Source: Callorhinchus milii (Eukaryota). From it: a stretch of DNA of 64,000 nt. Positions 13,197-26,090 of the stretch are shown piece by piece; within the stretch, counting starts at the first letter, position 1; each line of letters begins with the position of its first letter. A model generated the notes under the pieces. The model had not been told where the DNA came from. It did no database searches and was given only the letters and a program-made list of their open reading frames with translations. The position numbers were made by a program, and so were the translations under genes. The stretch spans positions 113,276,001 to 113,340,000 of the forward strand of contig NW_024704742.1 in NCBI RefSeq assembly GCF_018977255.1, read 5' to 3'.

Positions 13197-15039
13197 TACT
13201 GCTTCCACTGAACAATTCCAAAGTCTAAGGATAATTTATAACGCTCCTTGCATTTGATACATTCCTTTCACGTCAGTAGGTCATCTCAAAGCTCTTTACA
13301 GGATTTACTGTCAAGTATGCTTTGCAGATGAACGCGTCAGCCAACTTGGACACATCAGTGTCCCACAAACAGCCATGAAGTGAATGACCACTTTTATCAG
13401 GGGGATTAATGAGCAGGACACCAGCAAACTCCCTTCTCTTTTCAAATAGCTTTATGGGATTTTTAAAGTCTCATCTCATTCGTAGGATATTTAGCTTGAA
13501 TGTACTCATGAATCACTCGTCCCCTCTTACAAAGCAAAATCAAGACAAGTTCTAAGAAAAAAGGTTTCAAGATCAAGCAGTCAGGCTTACATTTTCTGTT
13601 TTACTATAACTTCCCATCTTTCGTTTAAATGGGTATTATAGCCTCAAGAATGGCCCAAATGGTCCCTTAACTGATTCCTGCTTTGTTCTTCAAATTTAGA
13701 ATGAACAGTAATGATTCCCTCTTTAGTTTGTCTTGTACCAATCCCGTTCATCATTTCAAGAGAATATTGCAGCAGTTTCCTATACTGCATTGGTATTAGA
13801 AACCTAAAGGATGATTGAGGGTGGGAATAAATTGCAGGAGCTTGGGTGAATGTCCTGCAACTATCACAGTTTTTTATTTGGTGAAATCCCACAAATCTTA
13901 GCAAGCTCAAAGCAAGGCCCCCACTTGAATAAATTACTGTAGAAAAACCCGAGGACAGAGAGAAAAAAAATTAAGGACATCATTTTCAATGACCCTGAGC
14001 ATGACAAAGCACCAATTGAACCTTTTTTGTACTTTAAGTAAAATTTATGTACAAAAAATTTAAATAATAATGTTACAGTTTCCTGTTTAGTTCTTCCCCA
14101 CGTTTCACAAGAACTGTAGTAATTGCTTCCAGGAATTTGTAAGACAGTCATTTTTATTGCAAGACATTATAGAAAACAATATTTTACAGGCTGACTATTC
14201 TGTATTGCTGGAAAGTTATTTAGCATTCAGAGCGCTGAGGATTTATAATAAGATCTGTCCCGTCAGTTATTACCCTAGGAAAATGTATAATGGATATGGA
14301 CAGCCCTACAGCTAGCTCATAGAAGAGTGTTTGTGGCACACATACAAATCTGTCGTATGGTGGCCTAGATTTCTATTTTTATTTATTTGCAGCATAATTA
14401 TTGTGGTAGAGTGCTCAGTTAAAGTTGTTTTTCCCCCACAACTTGATGTAAAATCAATGTTGTATTAATACTAAATTTGAACATGGAATAATTCTGCCAC
14501 TTTTTTTTTGCACAACACAGCCTAGGATTTGTTTAATTTATCCACCATCATGTCTGATGGTATAAAGTATGTTCAAAAACTTTTCCCCAATTTTCTTTTG
14601 ATAAAGTAGGCCTTAGATAATAATAGTAATAATCCTTGCATTTGATATAACATATTATCACATCACTGAAACATCTTAAAGCAAAAATGTATTATAAAGT
14701 GTGATTACTGTGTATTATAGGTAAACACAACAGCAAACTTTGCTTACAGCAATGACCTACAAACAGCTGTGAAGTCAATGACCAATTTTATTGATTCAAG
14801 AGGTAAACAAGGCCATAAATGCTTTCATTCATAAAAAAATATTGGCATCAAGGCCACTATTTGTATATTCCCAAATTAATGGTGGCAAACTCAAAGTGTA
14901 AGTGTATCAGAATTTTCACAGTGGCAAGTACATGAATGCTAACTTTGTCCCAATTATCGAAAATACTCAATGAGGAGCCATCTTATTAGCATCTTATTAT
15001 TTCACACCACAGGTTTTTTTATGGTCAGCTGTGGGTGGG

Positions 15040-15290
15040 TTTTTCATCATCATTATGCATCATAAGTATAAATTATGAATATTCATACCAGATTGACAGT
15101 TCCACATATGCATGCTACCTACACATGGAAATTTACCTGTCTAAAAAGGAATGTGTACCCTCTTCCTGGAGGGAAGCATCCTACTTACCTAATTCCAAAA
15201 AGTATCACTTGCCGGAAGGTGACAGCCTACACTTGGGGTCCCTGGGGTGTGCATCTTGATAGCCTTGGAGTTTAACCAGCTAAACTGTAT
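15040..15290 (-). repeat. Unclassified old interspersed repeat, one of six copies (see findings)
   Basis: 'ctacacatggaaattt..cctggagggaagcatcctactt' is shared with 54765-54915 and, reverse-complemented, with 33765-34005 and 46490-47060. Confidence 0.65.
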
Positions 15291-18200
15291 AGCATTCTGA
15301 GCACTGTCTCGGACTCAGGGGAGGCCATGCTTATTTCCCCCCCACCCCACTCCAAGGAAGATACTAAAAGTTGTGTAAAAAATACTTAAGTAATCAAAAA
15401 AATTCCAAGTTTGGATTACCTTTGCAATATCTTTCAACCCAAAAGAGAGGAAATTGGTGGGTTTGAGCAAATAATGTGTCTACTACTATTAAAATAACAG
15501 TATTGGAAACTGTGATCTGATAAACCACATAATCTTTTGTCACTCCTTTTTTTAATGTTCTTAAAATTGATGATCTTTTTTTTTGCACTCCCCTCACCTA
15601 ATTTCTCATGCTTTTTTTTTCCTCACGAAAGTTGGCAACTCATTGTTCCATAAGTTGATACCTTATTCACGTGACAGTCTCCCTGTGTGAACTTGATCGC
15701 CCACAAAAATAAACAGCCATTCACTTTACAGTATATTCTATGAAGCGCTTTGAGAAGTCTCGAAGACATGATAAGGTCCTATATCAAATGCAAGGATTGT
15801 TATTATTGATAATTTTAAACACACAGTTATTCCTCCTTTTATTTAGCAAACTTGCTATCTGAATGATGGATTCTGCATAAGGCAGACTTTAAGACAAAAA
15901 ATCTGCGGTTATAAATGCCTGAAAATGACGCTCTGTGCTGAACTTTGAAATGGAATATTTTACAATGGGAGATTAATAATAATCCTTGCATCTGATATAG
16001 CGCTTTTCACGTCTTCTAGACATCTCAAAGCGCTTCACAGAATATACTGTAAAGTGAATTGACTCATAATAATGAACAACTCAATATGAGTAAATTCTCA
16101 GACTTTGCATGAAATTTGTTTCCAGTATTATTCCCTGCTGTGAAAGCACTGGCAATTTCAGGAGTGGATAGTGTCATTAGTGAGCAAGGCAGAAATTTCA
16201 TACATGCATATTATGATGAAGTACAATTTATTGTTCAGACATGGAAATGTAATGTGTTTTATAAAATGACAGACACTTGATCACATACACTTGCTGAATT
16301 AGATTGCTGACAGTCTTTCAGTCCCTTCTATTCCAGTTATTAATGATAGAATTGACAACATTGGTGTTAGATAACAGTTGGATATCAGCAAATAAATATG
16401 CACAGATCCCTTAAAAGAGTGACATGTTACCTGTCGATAAGTATTTGCCCAGGTATATGATACTGAATTTAGATGGCAGGAGTCTCTACATTTCACCAAA
16501 ATGCTGGTTTCAGGTTTGCTTCTGTCAGGCACGTGAGTGAGGGTTCGACACTTTAAATTCTATATGTGTAGGTATTGTGTGCATGGAGCTCACACAGAAA
16601 GAGGGTTCAGAGTAAAATAAAGGTAACAGGCTGAGAGGCTGATTGTCAGGTCATCTCACTCTCAGGTCATTCTCTGGCCTCTGCTTCCTTTATTCTGCAT
16701 TAGGCCCATTTATGTGTGGTCTCCAGAACCAAATGGGCATGTGCACAACACTTAATGATAATACTTGCATTCAATATAGCATCTTTTTACGTCATTGAGA
16801 TGCCTCAAAGCACTTCACAGGAATGACCTCACAGCTCATTTGACCCTGTTGCATGGGAAAAGTGCTGATGGCAATGCTCGGCAGGTGATATTAGTCATTC
16901 AGACCCTGAATCATTCTTTGTGTGTTGTGTATAAGCGCTATGATGTTCAGTAGTTGCTTGTAGCTGTGTAAACAAAGATTGCATTGTTGCATTGATTACA
17001 TTTCTGAACGGACAGTGACAACAAGGCAGTTGAAATTTTCTGCTCTTCCATCATTATTTCTACTGATATAGTTTGCTTTCAGCCATTAGTTAGAATGGGA
17101 CACGTTAGGCTTAGAACAAGTTTGGCATTGTAATGGTAGGACACTATGTATTCTGGAACAAATTAAATCATCTTTATCCATCTTATGATCTTGTGACTAT
17201 CTTCTGTTTCACAAGATTAGTTTGGATGAAGAAGGCCCTTAGACCCATCTGATGCCTTTCCTCCAGAGTACCCACTCTGTTGTCCTCCCATCACAGCATC
17301 AAGCTGTTTTTTTTCAAATAAGTCCAATCTCCTGGCCTCTATCACCCTTTCTGGCACAACCCTTTCCAGTTATTAATTATATTCTTGAGGAACTTTTAGG
17401 AAATGGCTGCAGTTTAATTCAGAGTTCTGAGCCATCGAGATAGTGCTTAGTGTTCAGACAGTTTTGTTTTAGAATTTAAGATTGTGAATAATTTTGGTCA
17501 ATTCTTAAATCCTGTCTCAATTTGGAAGCTGCTTTTATGTTTTCGTTTTGAGTATGGTGGAAAGCCAGCTTCCAAATTAAAACTAAGTGTAAACCTTTTC
17601 CAAAATAATGCACAATCTTAAATTTTAAGATGATGTTTTTGAGTTTAAGAATGTGGGTCTCATGTCTTAATTACCAGCGAGAAAATTACTAAATGACATT
17701 CTCTGTAATCTCCATGCATTGAAATCGTGGATCCTGTGCAGGAGAGGTGCAACACGTTTACACTAAATATAGAACATAGAATTCTGAAAAATAAAAATGT
17801 TGTCTTAGTGTGAGCAGACCTTTAGAAAATCCATTGCCTAATAGTGCAGTGTTTTAATGTTGTATGTATTAGTTATATAAATTAAGGTCCCAAACACCTT
17901 TGGAAAATGCATTTCCAAATGTCATTATAATAAAGTAATAGAGTCTACGGTTTGTTACATGAATTGTAGGAAAAGTAGCTTGTCTAAGCAGCACTGCATG
18001 GGATCACAAGCAAAATCCTTTAAATTATGTTAATACTTGTACAAGCTTGTACATCAAAGGAGTATTAAACATTCAGAGCCACAAAGCGCATTAAATAACA
18101 TTTAGTTTTCTAACGCACGCCTGTGGCACTAATTCACCAAATGCGACCACTCAACTTTTTACTATTTGGGGCACCACTGGAGTCCACATTACCCTACTGC

Positions 18201-20773
18201 TAATCAGATTCAAAACAAAACTATTAACAAACGGGCAACAAAACTGCACTGTAAAAACAAGTAACAAAAAGCACCTTAAATTGATCTATGAATTTAATAA
18301 TAATCCTTTTTAGATCTGCTGCACTTGTTGTCTTCAAACCACAAACAAAACAAATGGATAACTCAGCAGTGTAACCAGATCATATATGGGCTACAAAACA
18401 CACACAGTCACAGGAATTTACAGTATATCCTGTGAAGCACTTTGGGACATCCTCCTGACATATTATAAGGTTTATTTTATGTTGAATGAAGCATCGCACA
18501 CCACATATTTTACTTTAAATCGTTATCTTTCAGCTATCTCTGGGCCATTTTCAAAGGTAGTAAACATCACGGCACTCAAGTCGCCCTAAGCAATTTTGCC
18601 CTTGCGCAAATGTTTTAACAATTTAACCTCAATCATTTAAAATGCAGTATCTGAGGGGACCTTTATCAAGACTGCAAGTTGGTTTTGGAAATGAATAAGC
18701 TGGAAAGGAATTCGAGTGTTCAACCACATTCATACGTACTGACTTGCCATTTCGATGGTCTAACCTTTTTGCTGATTCCAATACCTCTGGCAGTGCAGCA
18801 TCGAATTGTATTTAGAAAACTGGCATCTTAATTCCATCACAGCCATCGTTTGAATGTTCTAAGTCACTGGATTTTTTTAGCCATTTGGACAGGCTGATAA
18901 ATGGAATACTTTGTAGCCTTTTAGAGTGTAGGACTGCTCTATGTATCGTATGAATAAAATGACTCACTTGTGATAGAAAGCATATAACTCACAGTTTCTT
19001 CATAACCAAACCAAGCTACTTTTAGGGTGCCACATCATATCAGTTATTCTGTTCGTAAATTGAACCAGCTCATTGTAGATGCTGTCTTGGATGTGGCGCT
19101 AGCTGTGATAGTGTTGCAGTTTCTTGGAAAAAAAATTGCACATACACACATGTTCCACTATATTTCTAATCTGAGCTGATTGCTCGGAGATGCCAAGTAG
19201 AGGCCAAATTCTTTCCCACAGCGGAAAGAGAATTAGATAGTGTGATGCTCCTCCTAGCTGCTGTGGCACATACCATTTACAGTCACTTTCATGTCCCTTT
19301 GGCATTAGGGATCAAAAGAGGGATAAATGCCTTTTTAAATAAAAAAAAGCCTTCAGAAATCGGCCACTTATCATCTGTGCGTGCATCGTCTGGAAATACT
19401 GATAGTTCAAGGATAGTTGTAAAGAAATGTGAGCTGTATGACTGACAAAACAGGCATGCAATATGCCAGTGTTAGATCTTGGGGAATTTCTGCTTCAGTA
19501 ATTAAAACAAGCAATAGTGGACTGAGGAGGAAGAACCTTCAGTTGAGCCTTCAGGAATTTGTTTAGCGTTTGCGGCAAAGTACTGAATAGCTCAAAAGAT
19601 GAGAGTGTAATCTGCCTTTTTTGATTTACAATGAATTAATTCCAGTTGACTGTCTGTGACATGTGCTGTGAATTTGAGATCAAGTTCTGCACTAGCATAA
19701 ATTCTTTTTGGGTGTGACAAAAAGAATTTTATGAGGATAATTACGCTGCAGCTGTTTAATGAGTGTTTGTGTATTATTTTTGCCTTTATTTGTTTTTGAA
19801 TGAGGGGCATCAGCATTCCACTGAAGCGGAGTGAAAACTGTCTGATTATTACACTTGACATCCCTGTTAGGCTCTGCAGATAGTTAAGACTCCACCATCT
19901 GGACTGAATTGAGATTTGAACTTGGGTCACTGGCCTCTGAGCCCTCCCTTAGAATTTCATCCCTGAAGGATTCGAGAGAAGAGTAAAGGATTTAAGAGCA
20001 GCATCGAATTCAATGCATCAGGTGAAAACTGGGCTGAATTTGTTTCAGTTCTGAAAAATATGCCTCCTGCTAACCTACTTGAACAATAATTGTAAAATGC
20101 CTGGAACAGAGAGTCCTGTGCCTTGCAGAGATTAGATGTTAGCCTGGGGACCTCACGTAGTGGGTTAAATTGGGGGCGCTGATGAAAGAGTGATCTTATT
20201 AAAGAATTTAAATTCAACAACAGTTATAAATGTGCAGTGTGCCCTATTCGATGACTTGGGCAGTGTTTCTCTACTGTGCCTATTAATGCATGTCACATAC
20301 AAAGCAACATATTATGCGAGAGTCATTCCAGTTACTGATTGAAACCTTTTTATTAAGCAGCAATTTCAGAACCCAACAGAGACCTTCCCATAATTAACAA
20401 GTGTTTCAATTTACCTTATTTAGAAAATCAAAGGCAGCCTCGGCAAGGCATGTGGTACCTTCATTAGCCTGCTGCTATCACTACACCTCCCTGGTCCTCA
20501 TAGCTCACAAAAAGACAACCATTGGCTTGGCAGATGGCCCCTGGGAAGTAGTTGCATAAGCCGTCCTTAATAACTCCTGAGCTTGCCTTATGAGCTTCCA
20601 CCCACCCACCCTCCCACTCTCTTCCATGTCACACAGGATTTTGTGACCTGCAGAGCTGCAAATGGAAGTGATTATATAATGGTCAGTTAATTTACGGAAT
20701 GTTTCGGACCAGAACCTTGTATTCTTCACTGGTGAAGTTGAGAATTTACATTACGATTCACTACACCTAGATT

Positions 20774-21050
20774 ACAACAACAAATTACATTTGTAAAGTG
20801 CCTTCCAGGTTGGGGGGGATGTCCCAAGGCGCTGGGCAGTCAGGGATTTGGATTTGAGGTGAAGGGCAGGGACGGTAGGGGTAGGAGGGTGACCGAAGGC
20901 ATGGTCGAAGAGGAGGATCTTGAGACGGGCCTTGAAGGAGGCAAGTGAGGGAGTGAATTGAAGGCACTGTGGGATGAAAGGCTGAAGGCCCGATTGCCGA
21001 TGGTGGGGTGGGCAGGGCGGGAGACATGCAGTAGGCCAGAGCCTGCTCCA
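20774..21050 (-). mobile_element. L2 3'-end fragment
   Basis: It has a (caa)n tail and a G-rich 3' UTR colinear with 1782-2090. Confidence 0.8.
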
Positions 21051-21185
21051 AATGTAGGTGTTGTGAATTCAATAGGATTCACAACACCTACATTTACAAG
21101 CCAATGGAGAATCATCCCTTCCTAGTGTTTTAGAGCCAGCAATTGCAAACATTCCCTTACCACTCCCACCACGCACGCCACATAT

Positions 21186-22377
21186 AATAACAAAAGGTCT
21201 TTATCAGGTCCAAAAATGGCAGTGCCAACATTGATGGAAAGCATGTGATAAAAGATTTCCAATAGAAAACACTAGGAGTAGTGGATTCTCTACTGGTTGA
21301 TTAATGTATAGTTTCTCTTGCTACAATGTATAGGGCTTCAATTCAAAATTATACACTCACTGCAATTGTTTATTCAAATGGTATTACACTAGTACTTTAA
21401 TATAAGGCAGTCTTCAGGGCCTTGTGGAAGGTGGAGTTGGGAAGCTGAGCAGGGCATTGGAAAAACCCTTTGAGATTTCCTCCTGATATGAAAGGGGCTA
21501 TATAAATGTTAATCGTTGCTGTTCTTTCACTAAAGGTGAACATCTCAAAGCGCTTTACAAAGACTGAATGGGAGCCTGAACTGGGAGGGGACAGAGAATG
21601 GGGTTAGTGGGTGATGACCAAAGGTGCTGTCAATAAGGTGGGTCTTTCGAAAGCTTTCAACCAGTAGAGAATCACTACTCCTCATGTTTTCTATTGGAAA
21701 TCTCTTTTCACTTGATTTCCATCATGTTGGCCCTGCTATTTCTGGACCTGATAAAGGCCTTTTGTTATTCCAGCGCACATACGACCTCCAGTGGCAAACC
21801 CAGAGAAGCTCAATTGTAACAAGACAGGACAGGAGTGGAGGGAACCAGATGGAAGAGAGATTCAGAGGATGGGGCAAAGGAAGGGGCTGACAGCTCGCCT
21901 GCTGATGGTGGAGCAGGATGGGCGGGAGCCATGAATTAAATCAAAGTTGGAGTGGAGTCAGAGACTGGGATAGTAGGTCGCAAGAGATCATAGAAGTATG
22001 GTAGGGCAAAACCGAGGCATTTGAAGGTAAGGATGAGGATCTTAGGTGAGCTAGGTGAGGGTGGGGGTGATTGTCTTGCGGAATCTAGTGCAGGAGAGAT
22101 TTGCGGGCTGCAGTGCTCCGATGATCTGGGGCTTGAGGAAAGTGAAGCAGAGCTGAAGTGCTTTGTGACCATCTTCCCCTACTACTCAAATCCAGCATGA
22201 TAATATTGGCAGTAAACCATTGTTCGTTCCTCATCCAGTAAATTCTGGCTGATGCTGACCCAGCAGTGTGTGTACCTTTTGAACACACTCTTGTGTGTCT
22301 ATTAACAATACATACAACCTCCTGTCTTTTCTTGTTACATTTGAGCTTCTCTGGTTTTGCCACTGGAGGTCGTATGT
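21186..22377. repeat. Double inverted repeat: A (21186-21300) pairs with A' (21657-21769), and B' (21777-21835) pairs with B (22319-22377)
   Basis: Manual alignment gives about 12 differences over 115 nt for A/A' and 4 over 59 nt for B/B'. Confidence 0.9.
21520..22170 (-). mobile_element. Older L2 3' fragment interrupted by the A'B' block
   Basis: It is colinear with the L2 3' end on both sides of 21657-21835. ORF 21936-22172 contains the L2 C-terminal-like 'KILILTFKCL'. Confidence 0.6.
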
Positions 22378-22999
22378 TCCATCATCATTGGAAGCCTTCA
22401 CTTAACCACTGTTGTTCCTTCACTTATCCAACTGGTTGCTGTGGACCTTCACATCAGATCAAGGTTGCAATTACACTGACAGACCAGAGCATTTTTTTTG
22501 AACAGCAATATGTTTTTGTTTTAAACTCAGCTGCAATGACCTTCTATGTACAGTATTATGAATTGAGAGCCTTTTTTATTGAGGAGCGGTGTATTTATAA
22601 TTGGGAAATAACATCAAGTGACTTCTTAAAGCTTTCAGAGCAGTTAAATATAGACTTGTCTGTGTCGAGTCCAGCTTAGGTTTCAATTTTGTTTTCCACT
22701 TTGAAGGTTGAACGGTAAATATGCAAAATATCTTCTACAAGTGTGACCAATTATTCCTATTCCTGAATGTATTTATGAAGATATGACATAATAATGTATT
22801 GTGTAGTGGAGTGCCAAGAGTACGATTTATAATTGCAGTTTCCCACGTAACAATTTTAAAAGGAAAGATAAATCTTGTCAGCCGGAGGTTTGGGAACAGG
22901 CCTGTCTACCTCTTTGCAAAGGTTTGGAATGGCAGAATGTGTGAAAGGAATTGAAAGGAAGAAAAGATTTTTTTTGAATGCAACTTGAGCGGTAAACTC

Positions 23000-23200
23000 A
23001 AGCTAGGCTCACTTTGTGGCACTCTTGCCTTTGAGTCAGAAGGTTGTAGGTTCAAGTTCCACATCGGGACTTTGAGTGCATAGTCTATGCTGACACTGGG
23101 GAATGCTGTATTGTCAGAGATCCCATCCTTCTGATGAGACAAAGGTCCTATCTACCAGTTCAGGTGGACGTTAAATATCGCATGGCAGTATTTGAAAAGA
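23000..23200 (+). mobile_element. DeuSINE-like SINE, 5' half
   Basis: It contains 'gcactcttgcctttgagtcagaaggttgtaggttcaag..ttcaggtggacgttaaa'. Confidence 0.7.
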
Positions 23201-23305
23201 ACATTGACATGATAAGACACAAATACAAGAATTATCATTGAAGTGTAGACCTGACACTCCCCCCTCAGAGCCAGGCAGACAGGACGCACACAGACGCTCT
23301 CTATA

Positions 23306-23627
23306 TAACAATAATAATAATAATAATCCTTTCATTTGATATAGCGCTTTTCACATCTTCTAGATGTCTCAAAGTGCTTTACAGAATATGCTGTAAAGTG
23401 AATTGACTGTAATATTTGTGGGTGAAACACAGCAGCCAATTGCGCACAGCAGTGTCCCACAAACAGTCGTGGATTGAAAATGACCAATTTATTATTGTTT
23501 TTTGGAGGGATTATTATTAGGCGTGTGGAGTAAGGAAATTTGCCGAAGGTTTCGCCCTGCCTGGAATTGAACCCAGGTGTCTCGCTTGCAAAGCGAGTGC
23601 TCTAACCACTGAGTTACAGGACTCCAC
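23306..23627 (-). mobile_element. Full-length young tRNA-Ala-like SINE (TAGAA tail-loop type)
   Basis: It is the reverse complement of the 46567 and 50407 elements over its whole length, with an (ATT)n tail and a possible short TSD (tata). Confidence 0.92.
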
Positions 23628-24549
23628 TATAGCAGGTTTCGGGGTGGGGGGACGGACAGCAACATAACAACCGCAGAGGATTGCAGGCACCTGGGTTTGC
23701 AGACAATGCCTACCATCCCTCTTACAGATCTGCGCACTCGCAGTCATCTATAAGCCATAACAGCTTTTAACACAATGTATAGGGAGATAGGTTTGAAAGA
23801 AGCAGAAAGTGGAAATTGCCATTTATTGCCACTTTGTCACCAGATGATCAATCATTTTTTTTCAAGCACACATTAAGCATTAAGTTGCAATTTGAGTTAA
23901 CCATGTGCAAACAAAATGTCTACAGAGGAAATGACAGACCCACTTGACCAATTATAGATGATTCTGTAATCTCTCTTCATTGTTTTTTAATTATATAATA
24001 ACTACCATATTTAATTCCCTGTTTACACATGGTATCTTAACCCCAAATTGGACCCCATTAAGTTTAAATCATCCTGTATAATGTATTGGTGAGATCATAT
24101 TTGGAATAAATAACTTGCCTTTCAGCACCTATAATATCGAAATGTCTTTAAGTGTCTTACAGTAATTTCTGTCTTGTGTCTCTTTGTAAGTAACAGGTCA
24201 GCTAGTTTTTTTCACAGCAAAGTGCCACAAGCAACTATTAAATGTGAATGTCTAATTTATTTAGATGATTTTTGACCAGGACACTGAAAGAAAGTCCCTC
24301 ATCTTTATTTATGGTTTGTGGGACATTGCTGTGTACAAGTTGGCTGCCACATTTATCTACAAAATATAAAATTTTGGTAATAATTACTGTAAAGCGCTTT
24401 GAGACATTATATGATAAGATACTATATTAAATGCAAGGATCATACTTATTAGATTCATAATTTCTTAAAATAAAACTATTGTTTCAATAACCAGTCATAG
24501 TATTTTAGGATATTTGGGCTTTAAATTTGAACTCTTATTTATCATGGCA

Positions 24550-25395
24550 ATAATAATAATAATAATCCTTGCAATTATATAATGCGCCCAGCACAGTTGC
24601 TCATCGAGTATTAAGAGATTTGAGATGTCAAATATCTCAAATGGCTTCAATATAAAGTGATATGAAGTGTATTTGAAGGTGAATTCATAGTCACATCACG
24701 ATGGGGCGTCCTCCTGACGTGAAAGGCACTTTACAAATGTAATTTTGTTGTTGTTGTTGTGAAAGTGGCAACCAATTTGTACACAGAAAATCCCCACAAA
24801 CAGCCAGGAAGTGAATGACCAATTTTATTTGGAGGTTTGCTAGCTAGGACACCAGGACAAACTCCCTTCTCTTTTTGAATAGTACAATGGGTTCTTTAGC
24901 ATCCACCAAAATAAAACAAATTACCAATTTTATTTGGGGGTTGTTGTTGGGCGGGGCAAGACCCTCCACGGCCTTATTCCCCCCACTTCTGCGACCTGCT
25001 GACCCCATATCAACCTGTCTGCTCCCTCCCTTTAGCAGGATCTGGCCTGCTCCACATCCCCTGCCCAATCCACCCTACCATTGGTGGTCAGCCCTTCAGC
25101 CTTTCTGCTCCCACCCTATGGAACTTCATCCCACATACCCTTTGCTTCACTCCCTCACTTGCCTCCTTCAAGGAGTGTATCTAAATCTTTCTCTTCGACT
25201 GAGTCTTCAGCCATCTTCCTACACTCCCTGTCCTCCACACTCCCCGATCCTGACCCCCAGCTCGGGTCCCAAATCCCTGACTATCCCTGACTATTCAGCG
25301 CCTTGGGATGTCCTCCTGACATGAAAGGGGCTATACAAATGTAATTTTGTATTGTATTGTAGGCTAGGACACCAGGAGAAACTCCCTTCCTTGTG
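24550..25395. mobile_element. Nested cluster: a minus-strand Deu-type SINE with a duplicated segment, carrying a tail-only L2 (+, ~24703-24760) and an L2 3' fragment (+, ~24960-25360)
   Basis: 'accaattttatttgg' occurs at 24818 and 24923, 'gctaggacaccagga.aaactcccttc' occurs at 24843 and 25363, and there are two L2 tails. Confidence 0.65.
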
Positions 25396-25504
25396 AATTG
25401 TGTCAAGGGTTTAACTACCGACTGAGTCAGACTGACACACCTGGCTTCCACATCAAAATAAGTTTATCTTTTAGAATGGCAAGGTTTCAGAAGTAACCTG
25501 TCAA

Positions 25505-25900
25505 CTTGGCTCAGAGTTAGCACTCTTGCCTCTGAGTCAAAGGGTTGTGGGTTCAAACCCCATGTCGGGACTTCAACTCACAAAGTCTAAGATGCCACTC
25601 CATTGCAGGGTTGGGGTTGTCAGAGTTTCCGTTCTTCAGATGAGACCTTAAACCAAGGTCCCGTCTGCCTGTTCAGGTGGATGTTAAAGAACCCTTCAAA
25701 AAGGGTGAGCTTCCCTTGGTATCCTGGTCCACAATCCCCCCCAAAAAATGAATATTTTGTTTCATTGCTGTGCCCAATTGGATTGCCGCGTGCACCTACA
25801 AATACACAGTCACTCCATTTCACAGTAAATCACAGTGAAGTGCCTTGAGACATCCTTCCAACATGATAAGGTGCTATAGCAAATGCAAGGCTCATTATAA
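25505..25900 (+). mobile_element. DeuSINE-like SINE, near full length
   Basis: Head, core and tail are colinear with 185-625 and 32040-32460. Confidence 0.78.
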
Positions 25901-25946
25901 CCCAGATACCACCCTCATAGCATCATCGTGTCTATGAACAGTTCAT

Positions 25947-26090
25947 GAATCATAGAATTTATACAGCACAGAAAGCGAAGATCACTTGGCCCATCGTGTC
26001 TGTGCCGACTCTTTGAAAAGAGCTATCCAAATCAATCCCACTCCCCCCCTCTCTCCCCATAGCCCTGCAAACTTGTCCTCCCCAAACCTT
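25947..26090 (-). mobile_element. CR1 LINE 3'-end fragment (related copy at ~39497-39690)
   Basis: 'tatacagcacagaa..ttggccca..ctctttgaaaagagct..tccccatagccctgcaaacttgtcctcccc' is shared by both copies, and 'gaatcatagaat' is a CR1-type terminal repeat. Confidence 0.75.

Noticed and set aside
21186..21769. A/A' as terminal inverted repeats of a MITE
   Set aside because: There is no TSD. A' sits inside an L2 fragment that continues past it, and A' is fused to a second inverted segment B'.
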